Positions 25,225-38,222 of a stretch of DNA of 64,000 nt are shown one piece after another. This DNA comes from Mustelus asterias (Eukaryota). Position 1 is the stretch's first letter; each line of letters begins with the position of its first letter. Under the pieces are notes generated by a model. The model did no database searches and had not been told where the DNA came from. It saw only the letters and a list, made by a program, of their open reading frames with translations. The stretch lies in NCBI RefSeq assembly GCF_964213995.1, contig NW_027590179.1, positions 124,001-188,000 of the forward strand, read 5' to 3'. The position numbers and the translations under genes were made by a program.

Positions 25225-25552
25225 AGCATGGTAGCACAATGGTTAGCACTGCTGCTTCACAGCTCCAGGGTTCCGGGTTCGATTCCCGGCTCGGACCACT
25301 GTCTGTGTGGAGTTTGTACATTCTCCTCGTGTCTGCGTGGGTTTCCTCCGGGTGCTCCGGTTTCCTCCCACAGTCCAAAGATGTGCGGGTTAGGTTGATT
25401 GGCCAGGTTAAAAATTGCCCCTTAGAGTCCTGTGATGCGTAGGTTAGTGGGATTAGCGGGTAAATATGTGGGGGTAGGGCCTGGGTGGGATTGTGGTCGG
25501 TGCAGACTCGATGGGCCGAATGGCCTCCTTCTGCACTGTAGGGTTTCTATGA
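25225..25552 (+). mobile_element. HE1-type V-SINE, near full length
   Basis: A/B boxes, V domain, TCTATGA tail. Confidence 0.9.
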
Positions 25553-26982
25553 TTATATTTGCGCTCACCTCTGCCTCAAAAGCTTTCAGCAAAATCAGAA
25601 ATCTTGTATTTTCATGAGAGGAAATACATGTTCCTATTTTAAAACCGTGCACATATTAGCAATATTTTCAGTCCACACCAGAATTTAATAGGTTTATAAA
25701 TGCAGACTAACATAATTCATCACCAACTGAAACATGTCTAATAGTATTGTGTGCTCAAAAATACAGATATAAGTGATACTGTAACTGAACGAGAGGAAAT
25801 GGAACACATTTTCCAGAAGCATCTTTTTAAAATTGTTCTTCATAATAACGAAATAGGGAAAACCTCTCAGACAGAAGAGGAAATTGAGAATCAAAGCGGA
25901 CCGTCTGGATCTCCTATAGATGAACGAGATTTAGGCGCCAGAATGTTTCTCACACAGAATAAAGAGGGATGAAGTATAACTAACAGATCATTCTTGAATC
26001 TCTTCCCTTTAAATATATTTGAATTGGTTTAAAAGCTGATCATGGTCAAACTCAAAAAAGCACCATGGGATGTGTATTACCCGTGACTCGATTTATTTTG
26101 TTGGTCAATAATGTTTGCAATTCAATGCTGTATATTTCAGACATATTCAATCCGCAATGAAGACATCTGTGTTAATTAAATGCGTTGATGTTAAATGTTG
26201 ATTACCGAACAAATACTGGATATAACTGTTTGAAGTTAATCGATCGTATATGAGAATGATGCATCAATGATTGAGCGGAAATCATTGCTCCCTTACATAT
26301 TTGTCCGATGAACGCTTTTAAATTTTGAAATTCGAGACAAGTTGAGACATCACGTTGAAAGTAACGGTTATCTGCTTGCACTGAGGTACATGGACTCTCA
26401 TTCTAACCATTCGAATCTGCAGCAATAGAGCGGACTTGAACAATGCAGTCAGACCGATTGTATATTCCAGAGATATTAAATTCAGAATTTGGACATATAT
26501 ATTAAATAACTGTATTGATTTTAAAAATTGAATGAAGATCCAAGGTGGATTGGGCATGCTAAATTACCCCTTGGTTAGATTGAATAGCCATGGGAAAGGA
26601 GTAGCGTTGTGGGGAAAACGCTGGAAATGGCCTGGTTATGATACTCTGGCGTTGCTGCTAATTCGTTGGGCCGATTGGCATTTTCGGCACTGATTCTATG
26701 ATTGTCTGAAACAAATACTGAGTATAATTGATTGAAGTTAGTCGCAGGAAGATAAGAATGAAGCATTAATGATTGAGCACAAATCAATGCTTTCTTAGAC
26801 ATTTGCCGGAGGAATTCTTTTTAATTTTGAAGAACAAGATGAGTTGAGATATCAGGTTGAAAGTAAGGGATGTGCTCTTGTATTAAGTGACATGGGCCCT
26901 CAGTCATACCATTCAAACCTGCAGCAACATAGTGGAGTTAAACATTGTAGTCAGGCCCATTGAGGCCCCAATGATATCACTT

Positions 26983-27055
26983 GTTTCTGCAGTCGAGGGA
27001 TTATCCCGCTCGCCTAAAACACGAAAAGTCCCCGGTCCGAAACAGGGAAGCAGCA
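26983..27055 (+). pseudogene. tRNA-Val pseudogene (anticodon reads AAA)
   Basis: 73 nt, colinear. A and B boxes damaged. Confidence 0.75.
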
Positions 27056-28239
27056 TTCGTTAAGCTTTCTCATGTAAGATGAGGGAAATCCTGTATGATT
27101 TCAGTTCGTTGCTGAACATTATCCGAATCTCGATATTACAGCAATATTAACTTTGCTCTGACCTCAACCTCAAATAGTTTCTGTGAATAAGAAATGCTGA
27201 TTTTCTTTTGACGCACTGACAGGAAAGAAACGTCTCTATTTTGACAACATGCACATAGTATCATCTTGTTCAGTGTACAACAGAATTTAATGGGTTTATA
27301 GGTGCAAACTAAAATAGCGAATCACCATCTGAAAAATGTCTAATAGGAGTGTGTGCTCAAAAAGACAGACACAAGTGATACTCGAAGTGAACGAGAGGAA
27401 ATGGCGCACATTTCCCAGAAGAATCTTCTTTTTAAAATCATGCTTCATAACATGGAAATCGGATAAAAAACACTCAGACAAATGAGGAAATGGAGACTCA
27501 GTGCGGATCAACTAGACTTTCCTATAGGTGGCCGGAATTTATGCGCCTGAGTGTTTCACATTTATAATAAAAAAGGCTCAAGTATACCTAACAGATATTT
27601 CTTCAATCACTTCCATTTAATTATAGTTGACTTTGTTTAAAAGCTGACGATGGCCAATCTCAAACAAACACCATGGGATCTGTATTACCCGGTGACTCGA
27701 CTCTTTTCGTTGGGCAGTTATGTTTGCAATTCAGTGATATTCAATTTCAGAGATATTCAATTCATAATGAAGACATCTGAGTTCAACAATGTATTGGTAT
27801 TAAATATTGAAACAGATACTGAGTACAATTGTACAATGAGCTTTGACAAAATGTCATCTGGATTCCAAACGTCAGCTCTTTTCTCTCCTTACAGATGCTA
27901 CCAGACCTTGTGAGATTTTCCAGCATTTTCTCCTTTGGTTTCAGATTCCATCATTCGCAGTAATTTGCTTTTATTAATGAGCACAATTGGTTGAGATTAT
28001 TCGAAGGAAGATGAAAATAATGCACTAATGAATGAGTAGAATTCAATGTTGCTTTGATATTTGCAAAACGCTTGCTTTCAAATTTTGAAGTTCAAGATAA
28101 GTTGAGCAATCATATTGACATTAACGGTTATCTTCCTGAAACAAGGGACATGGCCTCTCAGTCGAACCATTTGAAACTGCAGCAACACAACGCAGTTGAA
28201 CATTGCAGAGAGGCGGATTTGCTGTCATTGCTGTCACCT

Positions 28240-28312
28240 GTTTCTGTAGTGTAGTGGTTATCACGTTCACCTCACACGCGAAAGTTTCCCAGTTCAAAAC
28301 CAGGCAGAAATA
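28240..28312 (+). pseudogene. tRNA-Val(CAC), probable pseudogene
   Basis: A and B boxes largely retained, but anticodon-stem and T-stem mismatches. Confidence 0.8.
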
Positions 28313-28360
28313 TTCATTAAGTTTTCTAATTTAGGGTGAGGAAATCTGTATGATTTCAGT

Positions 28361-29130
28361 ACAAAGGACAAAGAAAATTACAGCACAGGAACAGGCCTTC
28401 GGCCCTCCAAGCCTGAACCGACCATCCTGCCCGACTTAATTAAAACACCCTACCCTTCCGGGGATCATATCCCTCTATTCCCATCCTATTCATGTATTTG
28501 TCGAGACGCCCCTTAGAAGTCACCACCATATCCGTTTCCACTACTTCCCCCGGCAACGAGTTCCAGGCACCCACTGTTCTCTGTGTAAAAAATCTGCCTC
28601 GTCCATCTCCTTTAAATCTTGCCCCTCGCACCTTAAACAGATGTCCCCGAGTAATTAACTCTTCCACCCTCGGAAAAAGCTTCTGACTATCCACTCTGTC
28701 CATGCCTCTCACAATCTTGCAGAGTTCTATCGGGTCTCCCCTCAACCTCCGTTGCTCGAGTGAGAACAAACCAAGTTTCTCCAATCTCTCCTCATAGCTA
28801 ATCCTCTCCATACCAGGCAACATCCTGGTAAAACGTTTCTGTACCCTCTCCAAAGCCTCCACATCCTTCTGGTAGTGTGGCGACCAAAATTGAACATTAT
28901 ATTCCAAGTGGGGCCTAACTAAGGTTCTATAAAGCTGCAACATGACTTGCCAATTTTTAAACTCAATGCCCCAGCCGATGAAGGCAAGCATGCGGTATGC
29001 CTTATTGACTACCTTCTCCACCTGCATTGCCACTTTCAGTGACCTGTGTACCTGTACACCGAGCTCCCTTTGCCTATCTATACTCTTAAGGGTTCTGCCA
29101 TTTACTGTATATATCCTATCTGTATTTGAC
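28361..29130 (-). mobile_element. CR1 3' fragment inserted in an array unit
   Basis: ORF 28440-29033 (LVRPHLEY, RFTRMLPG). Flanks rejoin as GATTTCAGTTCGTTGCTG. Confidence 0.95.
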
Positions 29131-30260
29131 CTTCGTTGCTGAACATTATCCGAATCTTGATGTTGCAGCCAGATGATCTTTGCTCTGACCTCGGCCTCAA
29201 ATGATTTCTGTAAAATAAAAATGTTGATAGCTTTTTGACGAACTGACAGGAAAGAAACATTTCGATTTTGAACTGTGCACGTATTCGCATCACGTTCAGT
29301 CTACAACAGAATGTAATGAGTTTGTGGGCGCAGATTAACGTAGCTAATCACCATCTGGAACTTTTCGAATAGTAGTATGTGCTCCAGGGGACTGACACAA
29401 GTGATACTGGAAGTGAAGTATAGGAAATGGCGCACATTTCCCAGAAGAATCTTTTTTTAAAATCGTTCTTCAAAACAAAGAATTAGGGAAAAAAAACACT
29501 CAGACAGATGCGGAAATCGAGACTCGGTGCAGATCTACTGGACTTTCATTTAAATGGCCGGAATTTATGTGCCTGAATGTTTCACGCCCAGAATAAAAGA
29601 GACTCAAGTGTCAATAACATATAATTCTTCAATCTCATCTATTTAAATGTAGTTCACTTTGTTTAAATGTAGTTCGCTGTGGTCAATCTCATAATTGTGA
29701 TCTGTATTACCCGGTGACTCGATTCCTGTTGGTCAGTTATATTTGCAATTCTATGATGTTCAATTCCAGAGATATTCAATTCATAATGAAGACAGATGTG
29801 TTAAATAATGCATTGATACTAAATATTGAAACAAATACTGAGTGCAATTGTGCAATGAACTTTGTTAAAGTGTCACCTGGACTCGGGACGTCAGCTCCTT
29901 TCTCTCCTTACAGGTGCTATCAGACGTTGTGAGATTTTCCAGCATTTTCTCTTTTGCTTTCCGATTCCAGTATCCGCAGTAATTTGCTTTTATCGCTGAG
30001 AATAATTGTTTGAGATTATTCGAAGGAAGATGAGAATGATGCATTAATGAATGGCCAGAAACCATTGTTTTCTTAGATATTTGCCAGACGATCGCTTTTA
30101 AATTTTGATGTTCAAGATAAGTTGAGCAATCAGGTTGAAAGTAACGGTTATCTTCCTGAATTAAGTGACATGGGCTCTCAGTCCAACCATTGGAACCTGC
30201 AGCAAGACAGCGCAGTTGAACATTGCAGTCAAACAGATTCGCTATCGCGCATTTTCAGCT

Positions 30261-30333
30261 GTTTCTGTAGTGTAGTGGTCATCACATTCACCTAACGCGC
30301 GGAAAGACCATGGTTCGAAACCGGGCAGAAACA
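30261..30333 (+). pseudogene. tRNA-Val(AAC), probable pseudogene
   Basis: Intact acceptor stem and B box. Anticodon and T stems broken. Confidence 0.8.
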
Positions 30334-31139
30334 TTCGTTACACTTTCGTATGTCAGGTGAGGGGAACATTGCTTGTTTTCAGTTTGTTGCTCAACATTAT
30401 CAGAACCTCGACATTACCGCCATGTTAATATTGCTCTGATGTCGGCCTCAAATGTTTTCTGTAAAATAAGAGATGCTGTTCTTTTTTTCGATGCACTGAC
30501 AGGTAAGAAATGTTTCGATTTTGACACCGTGCACACATTCGCATCTCATTCAGTCTGCAACAGAATTTAATGGGTTTATAGGTGCAGACTAACATGGTTA
30601 ATCACCATCTGAAACATATCTGATAGTAGTGTGTGCTCCAGAAGACTGACACAAGTGGTATTCTCAGTGACCTATAGGACATGGTGCACATTTCCCAGAA
30701 GATTTTGCAGCATTTTCTCTTTTGGTGTCAGATTCCAGCATCCTCAGTAATTTGCTTTTATTAATGAGCACATTTCGCTGAGAATTTTCGATGGAAGATG
30801 AGAATGGATGCATTAATGAATGAGCAGAAATCATTGGCCCCGTAGATATTTGCCAAACGAACTCTTTTAAATTTTGAAGTTCAAGATAAGTTGAGCCATC
30901 AGATTGAAAGTAACGGTTATCTTCCTGAATTAACATGGGCTCTCAGTCTAACCATTGGAACCTGCAACAACAACATTGCCGACAGGCCGATTTGCTGCAT
31001 TCTGCTGTCAGTTGTTTCTGTAATATCACGTTGGCTGATATTGGGTGACATGGGTTCTCAGTCTAATAATTGGAACCTGCAGCAACACAGCGCAGTTAAC
31101 ATTGCAGACAGGCAGATTTGTTGGACACTGCTGCTTGCT

Positions 31140-31211
31140 GTTTTGTAGTGTAGGAATTATCACGTTTGCCTCACACGCGAAAAGTCCCAGGTTCGAAACC
31201 AGGCCGAAATA
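31140..31211 (+). pseudogene. tRNA-Val(CAC) pseudogene
   Basis: D-loop GG lost. Preceded by a partial duplicate of the 5' flank at about 30935-31030. Confidence 0.8.
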
Positions 31212-31944
31212 TTCATTAAGATTTCTCATGTAGGGTGAGGGAAATCTGTCTGATTTCAGTTCGTTGCTGAACATTGTATCTGAATCTTGATGTGACAGCC
31301 ATATTATTTTTGCTCTGACCTGGGCCTGAAATGCTTTCTGTAAAATATGAAATGCTTTCTGTAAAATATGAAATGCTGATATGTTTTGATGCACTGACAA
31401 GAAAGAAACGTTTCGACTTTGACAACGTGCACATATTCGCATCTCGTTCAGTCTACAACAGAACTTAATGTTTTATAGGTGCAGAATGACATAATCGTCA
31501 TCTGGAACAGTTCTAATAGTAGTGTGTGCTCAAAAAGACAGACACAAGTGATACTGTAAGTAAACTAGAGGAAATGGCGCACATTTCCCAGAAGATTTTT
31601 TATATCGTTCTTCATAGCAAAAAATAGGGAAAACCACTCAGACAGATGAGGAAATCGAGACTCAGTGCGGGTCTACTGTAATTTCCTGGAGGTGGTGGAA
31701 TTCGTGCGCCTGAATGTTTCGCGCCCATAATAAAAAAGACTCAAGTGTAACTGAGAGATAATTCTTCAATCCCTTCCATTTAACTGTGGTTGACTTTGTT
31801 TAAAAGCTGACTATGGTCAATCTCAAAATTGTGATCTGTATTACCCGGTGACTCGATTCCTTCTGTTGGTCAGTTATGTTTACAATTCAGTGATATTCAA
31901 TTTCAGAGATATTCAATTCATAATGAAAACATATGTGTCAAATA

Positions 31945-32277
31945 TCATAGAAACCCTACAGTGCAGAAGGAGGCCATTCGGCCCATCGAGTCTGCACCGA
32001 CCACAATCCCACCCAGGCCCTACCCCCACATATTTACCTGCTAATCCCTCTAACCTATGCATCCCAGGACTCTAAGGGGCAACTTTTAACCTGGCCAATC
32101 AACCTAACCCGCACATCTTTGGACTGTGGGAGGAAACCGGAGCACACGGAGGAAACCCACGCAGACACGAGGAGAATGTGCAAACTCCACACAGACAGTG
32201 ACCCGAGCCGGGAATCGAACCCAGGACCCTGGAGCTGTGAAGCAGCAGTGCTAACCACTGTGCTACCGTGCCGCCCA
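31945..32277 (-). mobile_element. HE1-type V-SINE, full length
   Basis: Near-identical to 25225-25552. Confidence 0.9.
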
Positions 32278-33260
32278 TAATGCATTGATACTAAATATTG
32301 AAAGAAATACTGAGTACAATTGTACAATGAGCTTTGATAAAGTGTCATCTGGACAAAAAACGTCAGATCTTTTCTCTCCTTACAGGTGCTGCCAGGCCTT
32401 TTGAGGTTTTCCAGCATTTCCTCTTGTGGTTTCAGATTCCAGCATCCGGAGTAATTTGCTTTTATTACTGAGTACAATTGGTTGAGATTATTCGAAGGAA
32501 GATGAGAATGATGATCTGGAATGCTTCTACGTGCCCTACTATAACTTTTCAACAATATTCCCTCTGACAGAAGTTCAGATCACTTGCCTTCATTCTGTTG
32601 CCTCCCGGTTTGAGCCTTCCAACCCACCTTCTCTTGGCTAACAGCAACACATTAGCTCTTGGAGTTCAAGGGTTTCCTCCCACACTCCGAAAGATGTGCT
32701 ATTCCGATGTGCTGGCCATGTTAAATTCTCTCTCAGTGTACCCAAACAAGTGCTGGAGTGTGGCAGCTAGGGGATATTCACAGTAGCTTAATTGCAGTTT
32801 GAATGTAAGACTAGTAAAATAAACTAAATCTGTCATACAGAGCGCTTCACAGTCTCAAATTGGTGGTCAAACTATGGTTACCATCAACTTAATCAATTAG
32901 TAGACCTCCTTCGATATCTCACCATAATATTCCCTCGTGATAGATCATAAATAAAAAGGGACTCATAATTGATTTGCGCCTGAAGGCGAGGACAAAATGC
33001 TACATTTCCAAGCACGGACGCGTTAAATGTCATTTTTGTTGTAGCTGCCTGTTTCATGCGCAAGCACCTGTGGAGGCTGTAACATTTACGGCATATGTTT
33101 TTCACATTCTTGTTACATTTGATCTGACTGTAACAACTGCAGGCCCATTGCAACGTTTTGATAGGTCACACAAATCAGTTCAAGGGTCAACGAAGATCAG
33201 TTCAATGGTCAGACAATTTTAGTCAGTCAGAAATAAGGAACAGGACAATGAGCTCGAAGC

Positions 33261-35337
33261 AGCTAATGTGTTGCTGTTAGCCAAGAGAAGGTGGGTTGCA
33301 AGGCTCAAAACGGGAGGTAACAGAATGAACGCAAGTGATCGTAACTTCTGTCAGAAGGAATATTGTTGAAAAGTTATAGTAGGGCACCTAGAAACATTCC
33401 AGGTAACCGCACAGCGTGAACATTGATTCATGGAAATCATGTTTGGTCAAGTTATTGGAACTCAGTGTTGAAGTTGCACATCGATAAAGGAGGAATGGTG
33501 GATCTGTTGTACTTGATGATTTCCAGAAAGTATTTCACAAGGTATCAAGTCAAAACCTTGTAGTGTGTGAAGTAAGATATTGGCGTCGATCGAAGATTGT
33601 CAATTAACAGAAAACGAAGAAAAGGCATAAATGGGTTACTTTTGTTTAGCAAGGTGTGGCGTGGAATGCCACAAGGATCCTCAAATCCTTGTTGTTTATA
33701 TAAATGACCTGAGTGAAGGAACAGAAGGAAGTATTGCTAGCATTATTTATGGCACAAAGATAGGTAGGAATTTAAGTTGTGAATCGGGTATAAGGAGGTT
33801 AAAAATGGACTAGGTGGGTTAGGTTTCTGGGCAACAATCTGGAAAATTTGGTATTCTGTCGGCAGTCATGAAATTGTCAACTTCTGCAGAATTAAAAGGA
33901 AGCATATTATCGAAATGGTGACTAATATCAGAGCTCACTGATTCAGAGGATATGGGTGCCTTACTGATGAATCTCAAACATTTAGGATGTAAGTATGGAA
34001 GCATTTCGAAACCATTATGTAATGTTATCATTTATTGTGAAGAAGAATTCATTGAGAGGTTGGGAGGATACGCTTAAATGATTAGAAGCCAGTGTCCAGT
34101 TGCGCACGACAGGGATATGTGCTGGGTTCCCTAACATTCGTCATGTATGTAAACAACATAGATTTTTTTCCTATGAGAGGAGTAGGATTAGTAGATTTGC
34201 GGATGACACAAAGATAGGCTGGGTGGCTAACAGTGAGGCTGAATACCTTGGGCTACAAGAAGATATAGATGGGAAGTACAAGTGGGCGATAAGTAACAGA
34301 TGGAATTCAATCATGGAAAGTGTGCGGTTATACACTTTGGAAGGAGCAACTTGACAAGGACGGATTCAATGAATAGAATGACACTAGTAAGTTCTGTAGA
34401 AGTCCTAGTGCGTTTGTCCACAGAGCTCTGAAGCCGGCAGGGCATGCTAGTAATGTGGTGAAAAAAGCATATGTGATAATTGCCATTATGAATCGAGGCA
34501 TAGATTACAAAAGCTGGGAAGTAATATTGGAGTTGCATAAAACTTTGCTGAGGCCACAAATAGAATACTGTGAGCAGTTGTGGGCACCACATTATCAGAG
34601 GAATTTGATTGCATTGGAGGGGTGGAGAGGAGATTTACCAGGATACTGCCTGGGATGGAAAAATAAGTTATGAAGAGAGGTTGGATAGACTTCGGTGGTT
34701 TTCTTTGGAGCAGAGAAAACAGATGGGGGACCTGATCGAGGCGTACAAGGTTATGAGCCGAATGGACAGAGTAGATAAAAAGCAGCCGTTCCCCTTGACT
34801 GAAGGATCAGTTACGAGGGGACAGAGTTTCAAGGTGAGGGGCAGACAACTTAGGGGGGAAATGAGGAGAAAAAAGTTACGAAGGGCGTGGTGCCTGTCGG
34901 GAATTGCTGCCAGGGAGGGTAGAAGAGGCGGCTTGCCTCATATCCTTTAGAAAGTACCTGGATGAACACTTGGCATGTCATACGTTCAAGAACATGGTCA
35001 AGTTCAGGTAAATGGGATTCCGTGGGAGGTCAGGCATTTCTTGTGTGAAAAACCCAATCAGCAAAGAGCCTCTTCTGTACTGAATAGTTATTTAATTCCA
35101 TGCTTCTATGGGATGCTTCAATTATACAGGTCATTGGTAAAACCATGTCTGGTGTATTCTGAAGTATTGATTTCCTTATGAAAGGATAGGTATAAATGCT
35201 TCGGAAGCAGTTCATAAAAGGTTCACCAGACAATACCAGGAGGTTGTCTAATGAGGAAAATTTAAAAACACTGCCCTTGTATATACTGGAGATTAAAAGC
35301 GTATGATGCGAGTTGATGAAAGCATTTAGAATGCTTA
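33261..35337 (+). mobile_element. Old, nested CR1 remnants
   Basis: [33 protein letters not shown] in broken frames. Confidence 0.8.
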
Positions 35338-35341
35338 GACA

Positions 35342-37624
35342 AAGAACAAAGAACAAAGAACAGTACAGCACAGGAAACAGGCCCTTCGGCCCTCCAAGCC
35401 TGTGCCGCTCCTTGGTCCAACTAGACCAATCGTTTGTATCCCTCCATTCCCAGGCTGCTCATGTGACTATCCAGGTAAGTCTTAAACGATGTCAGCGTGC
35501 CTGCCTCCACCACCCTACTTGGAAGCGCATTCCAGGCCCCCACCACCCTCTGTGTAAAAAACGTCCCTCTGATGTCTGAGTTATACTTCGCCCCTCTCAG
35601 CTTGAGCCCGTGACCCCTCGTGATCGTCACCTCCGACCTGGGAAAAAGCTTCCCACTGTTCACCCTATCTATACCCTTCATAATCTTGTATACCTCTATT
35701 AGATCTCCCCTCATTCTCCGTCTTTCCAAGGAGAACAACCCCAGTCTACCCAATCTCTCCTCATAGCTAAGACCCTCCATACCAGGCAACATCCTGGTAA
35801 ACCTTCTCTGCACTCTCTCCAATGCCTCCACGTCCTTCTGGTAGTGCGGCGACCAGAACTGGACGCAGTACTCCAAATGCGGCCTAACCAGCGTTCTATA
35901 CAGCTGCATCATCAGACTCCAGCTTTTATAGTCTATACCCCGTCCTATAAAGGCAAGCATACCATATGCCTTCTTCACCACCTTCTCCACCTGTGTTGCC
36001 ACCTTCAAGGATTTGTGGACTTGCACACCTAGGTCCCTCTGTGTTTCTATACTCCTGATGACTCTGCCATTTATTGCATAACTCCTCCCTACATTATTTC
36101 TTCCAAAATGCATCACTTCGCATTTATCCGGATTAAATTCCATCTGCCACCTCTCCGCCCAATTTTCCAGCCTATCTATATCCTGCTGTATTGCCCGACA
36201 ATGCTCTTCGCTATCCGCAATTCCAGCCATCTTTGTGTCATCCGCAAACTTGCTGATTACACCAGTTACACCTTCTTCCAAATCATTTATATATATCACA
36301 AATAGCAGAGGTCCCAGTACAGAGCCCTGCGGAACACCACTGGTCACAGACCTCCAGCCGGAAAAAGACCCTTCGACCACTACCCTCTGTCTCCTATGGC
36401 CAAGCCAGTTCTCCACCCATCGAGCCACTTCTCCTTGTATCCCATGAGCCTTAACCTTCTTAACCAACCTGCCATGTGGGACTTTGTCAAATGCCTTACT
36501 GAAATCCATATAGACGACATCCACGGCCCTTCCTTCATCAACCGTTTTTGTCACTTCCTCAAAAAACTCCACCAAATTTGTAAGGCACGACCTCCCTCTT
36601 ACAAAACCATGCTGTCTGTCACTAATGAGATTGTTCCGTTCTAAATGCACATACATCCTGTCTCTAAGAATCCTCTCCAACAACTTCCCTACCACGGACG
36701 TCAAGCTCACCGGCCTATAATTTCCTGGGTTATCCCTGCTACCCTTCTTAAACAACGGGACCACATTCGCTATCCTCCAATCCTCAGGGACCTCACCCGT
36801 GTCCAAAGAAGCGACAAAGATTTCCGTCAGAGGCCCAGCAATTTCCTCTCTCGTCTCCCTGAGCAGTCGAGGATAGATGCCATCAGGCCCTGGGGCTTTG
36901 TCAGTTTTAATGTTCCCTAAAAAACCTAACACTTCCTCTCTCGTAATGGAGATTTTCTCTAACGGGTCAACACCTCCCTCCGAGACACTCCCGGTTAACA
37001 CGCCCCTCTCCTTCGTGAATACCGATGCAAAGTATTCATTTAGGATCTCCCCTATTCCCTTGGGTTCTAAGCATAATTCCCCTCCTTTGTCCCTGAGAGG
37101 TCCGATTTTCTCCCTGACAACTCTTTTGTTCCTAACGTATGAATAGAATGCCTTAGGATTCTCCTTAATCCTGCCTGCCAAGAACATCTCGTGCCCTCTT
37201 TTTGCCCTTCTAACTCCCCGTTTGAGATCTTTCCTACTCTCTCTGTATTCCTCCAGAGCTCCATCTGTTTTCAGTTGCCTGGACTTAACGTACGCCTCCC
37301 TTTTCATTTTAATCAGATCCTCAATTTCCCTGGTTATCCACGGCTCTCGAATCCTACCTTTCCTATCTTTCCTTTTTACAGGCACATGCCTATCCTGCAG
37401 CCTTATCAATAGTTCCTTAAAAGACTCCCACATGCCAGACGCGGACTTACCCTCGAACATCCTCTCCCATCAACATCCACCAATTCCTGCCTAATCCGGC
37501 TGTAGTCAGCCTTCCCCCAATTTAGCACCCTGCCCGTAGGACAGCACTCATCCTTGTCCATTACTATCCTAAAGTTAACAGAGTTGTGGTCACTATTTGC
37601 CACATGTTCCCCTACCGAAACTTT
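35342..37624 (-). mobile_element. Young CR1 LINE with a 679-aa uninterrupted RT ORF
   Basis: ORF 35421-37460 with SKFADDTK, (TTCTTTG)n tail, 5'-truncated in the endonuclease. Confidence 0.97.
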
Positions 37625-38029
37625 GACATCTTCACATAGCAGGTTTGGAAAGAATGTCTCTTCTTGTGAGAGAATCAAGAATGAGGATGTCACTGATTTG
37701 AAATGCTCGTTCACAAATTTCAGGTAGAGATGAGGAAAGGTTTGGCAACAAATAGTGCCAAAACTTTGGTGTTCTGGTCCAGGATCGTTACAGAATGTAA
37801 GAAAGGAAAAATTGCTGTCGTATCAGGTAGCAGGGATAGATTGCTGAGACAGATTAACACAAAAGTAGGGATAGTATGAAAGTTCAATTATACAACAAAA
37901 TAATTACTTAACGAAAATAAGAGAGAAGGGAAATAATAGTAAGATTACAAACGACCGAAATAATTTGCACATCCACATTTCTGTAGATTTCGCAGACCAG
38001 ATATGGATTGCCGACTCTGGAGATGATCT

Positions 38030-38222
38030 AGAATCATAGAAACCCTACAGTACAGGAAGAGGCCATTCTGCCCATCGAGTCTGCACCAGCCATAATCCCA
38101 CCCAGTCCCTACCCCCGTTTCCCTACATATTTTACCCGCTAATCCCTCTAATCTACGCATCTCAGGACACTAAGAGGCAATTTTTTTAGTCTGGTCAATC
38201 AACCTAACCCGCACATCTTTGG
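38030..38222 (-). mobile_element. HE1-type SINE 3' half
   Basis: Tail and central region match the other copies. Confidence 0.8.

Larger units (their letters stand above)
25020..32513 (+). repeat. Tandem array of ~1.25 kb tRNA-Val units (second tract 12240-14325)
   Basis: Recurring flanks (GACATGGGCTCTCAGT..CTGCAGCAACAC; GCTGAACATTATCCGAATCTCGA; GTATTACCCGGTGACTCGA). tRNA starts at 25060, 26983, 28240, 30261, 31140. Confidence 0.9.

Noticed and set aside
25020-32513. Repeat-spacer pattern as CRISPR
   Set aside because: Eukaryotic kb-scale tRNA tandem units, not short repeats with unique spacers
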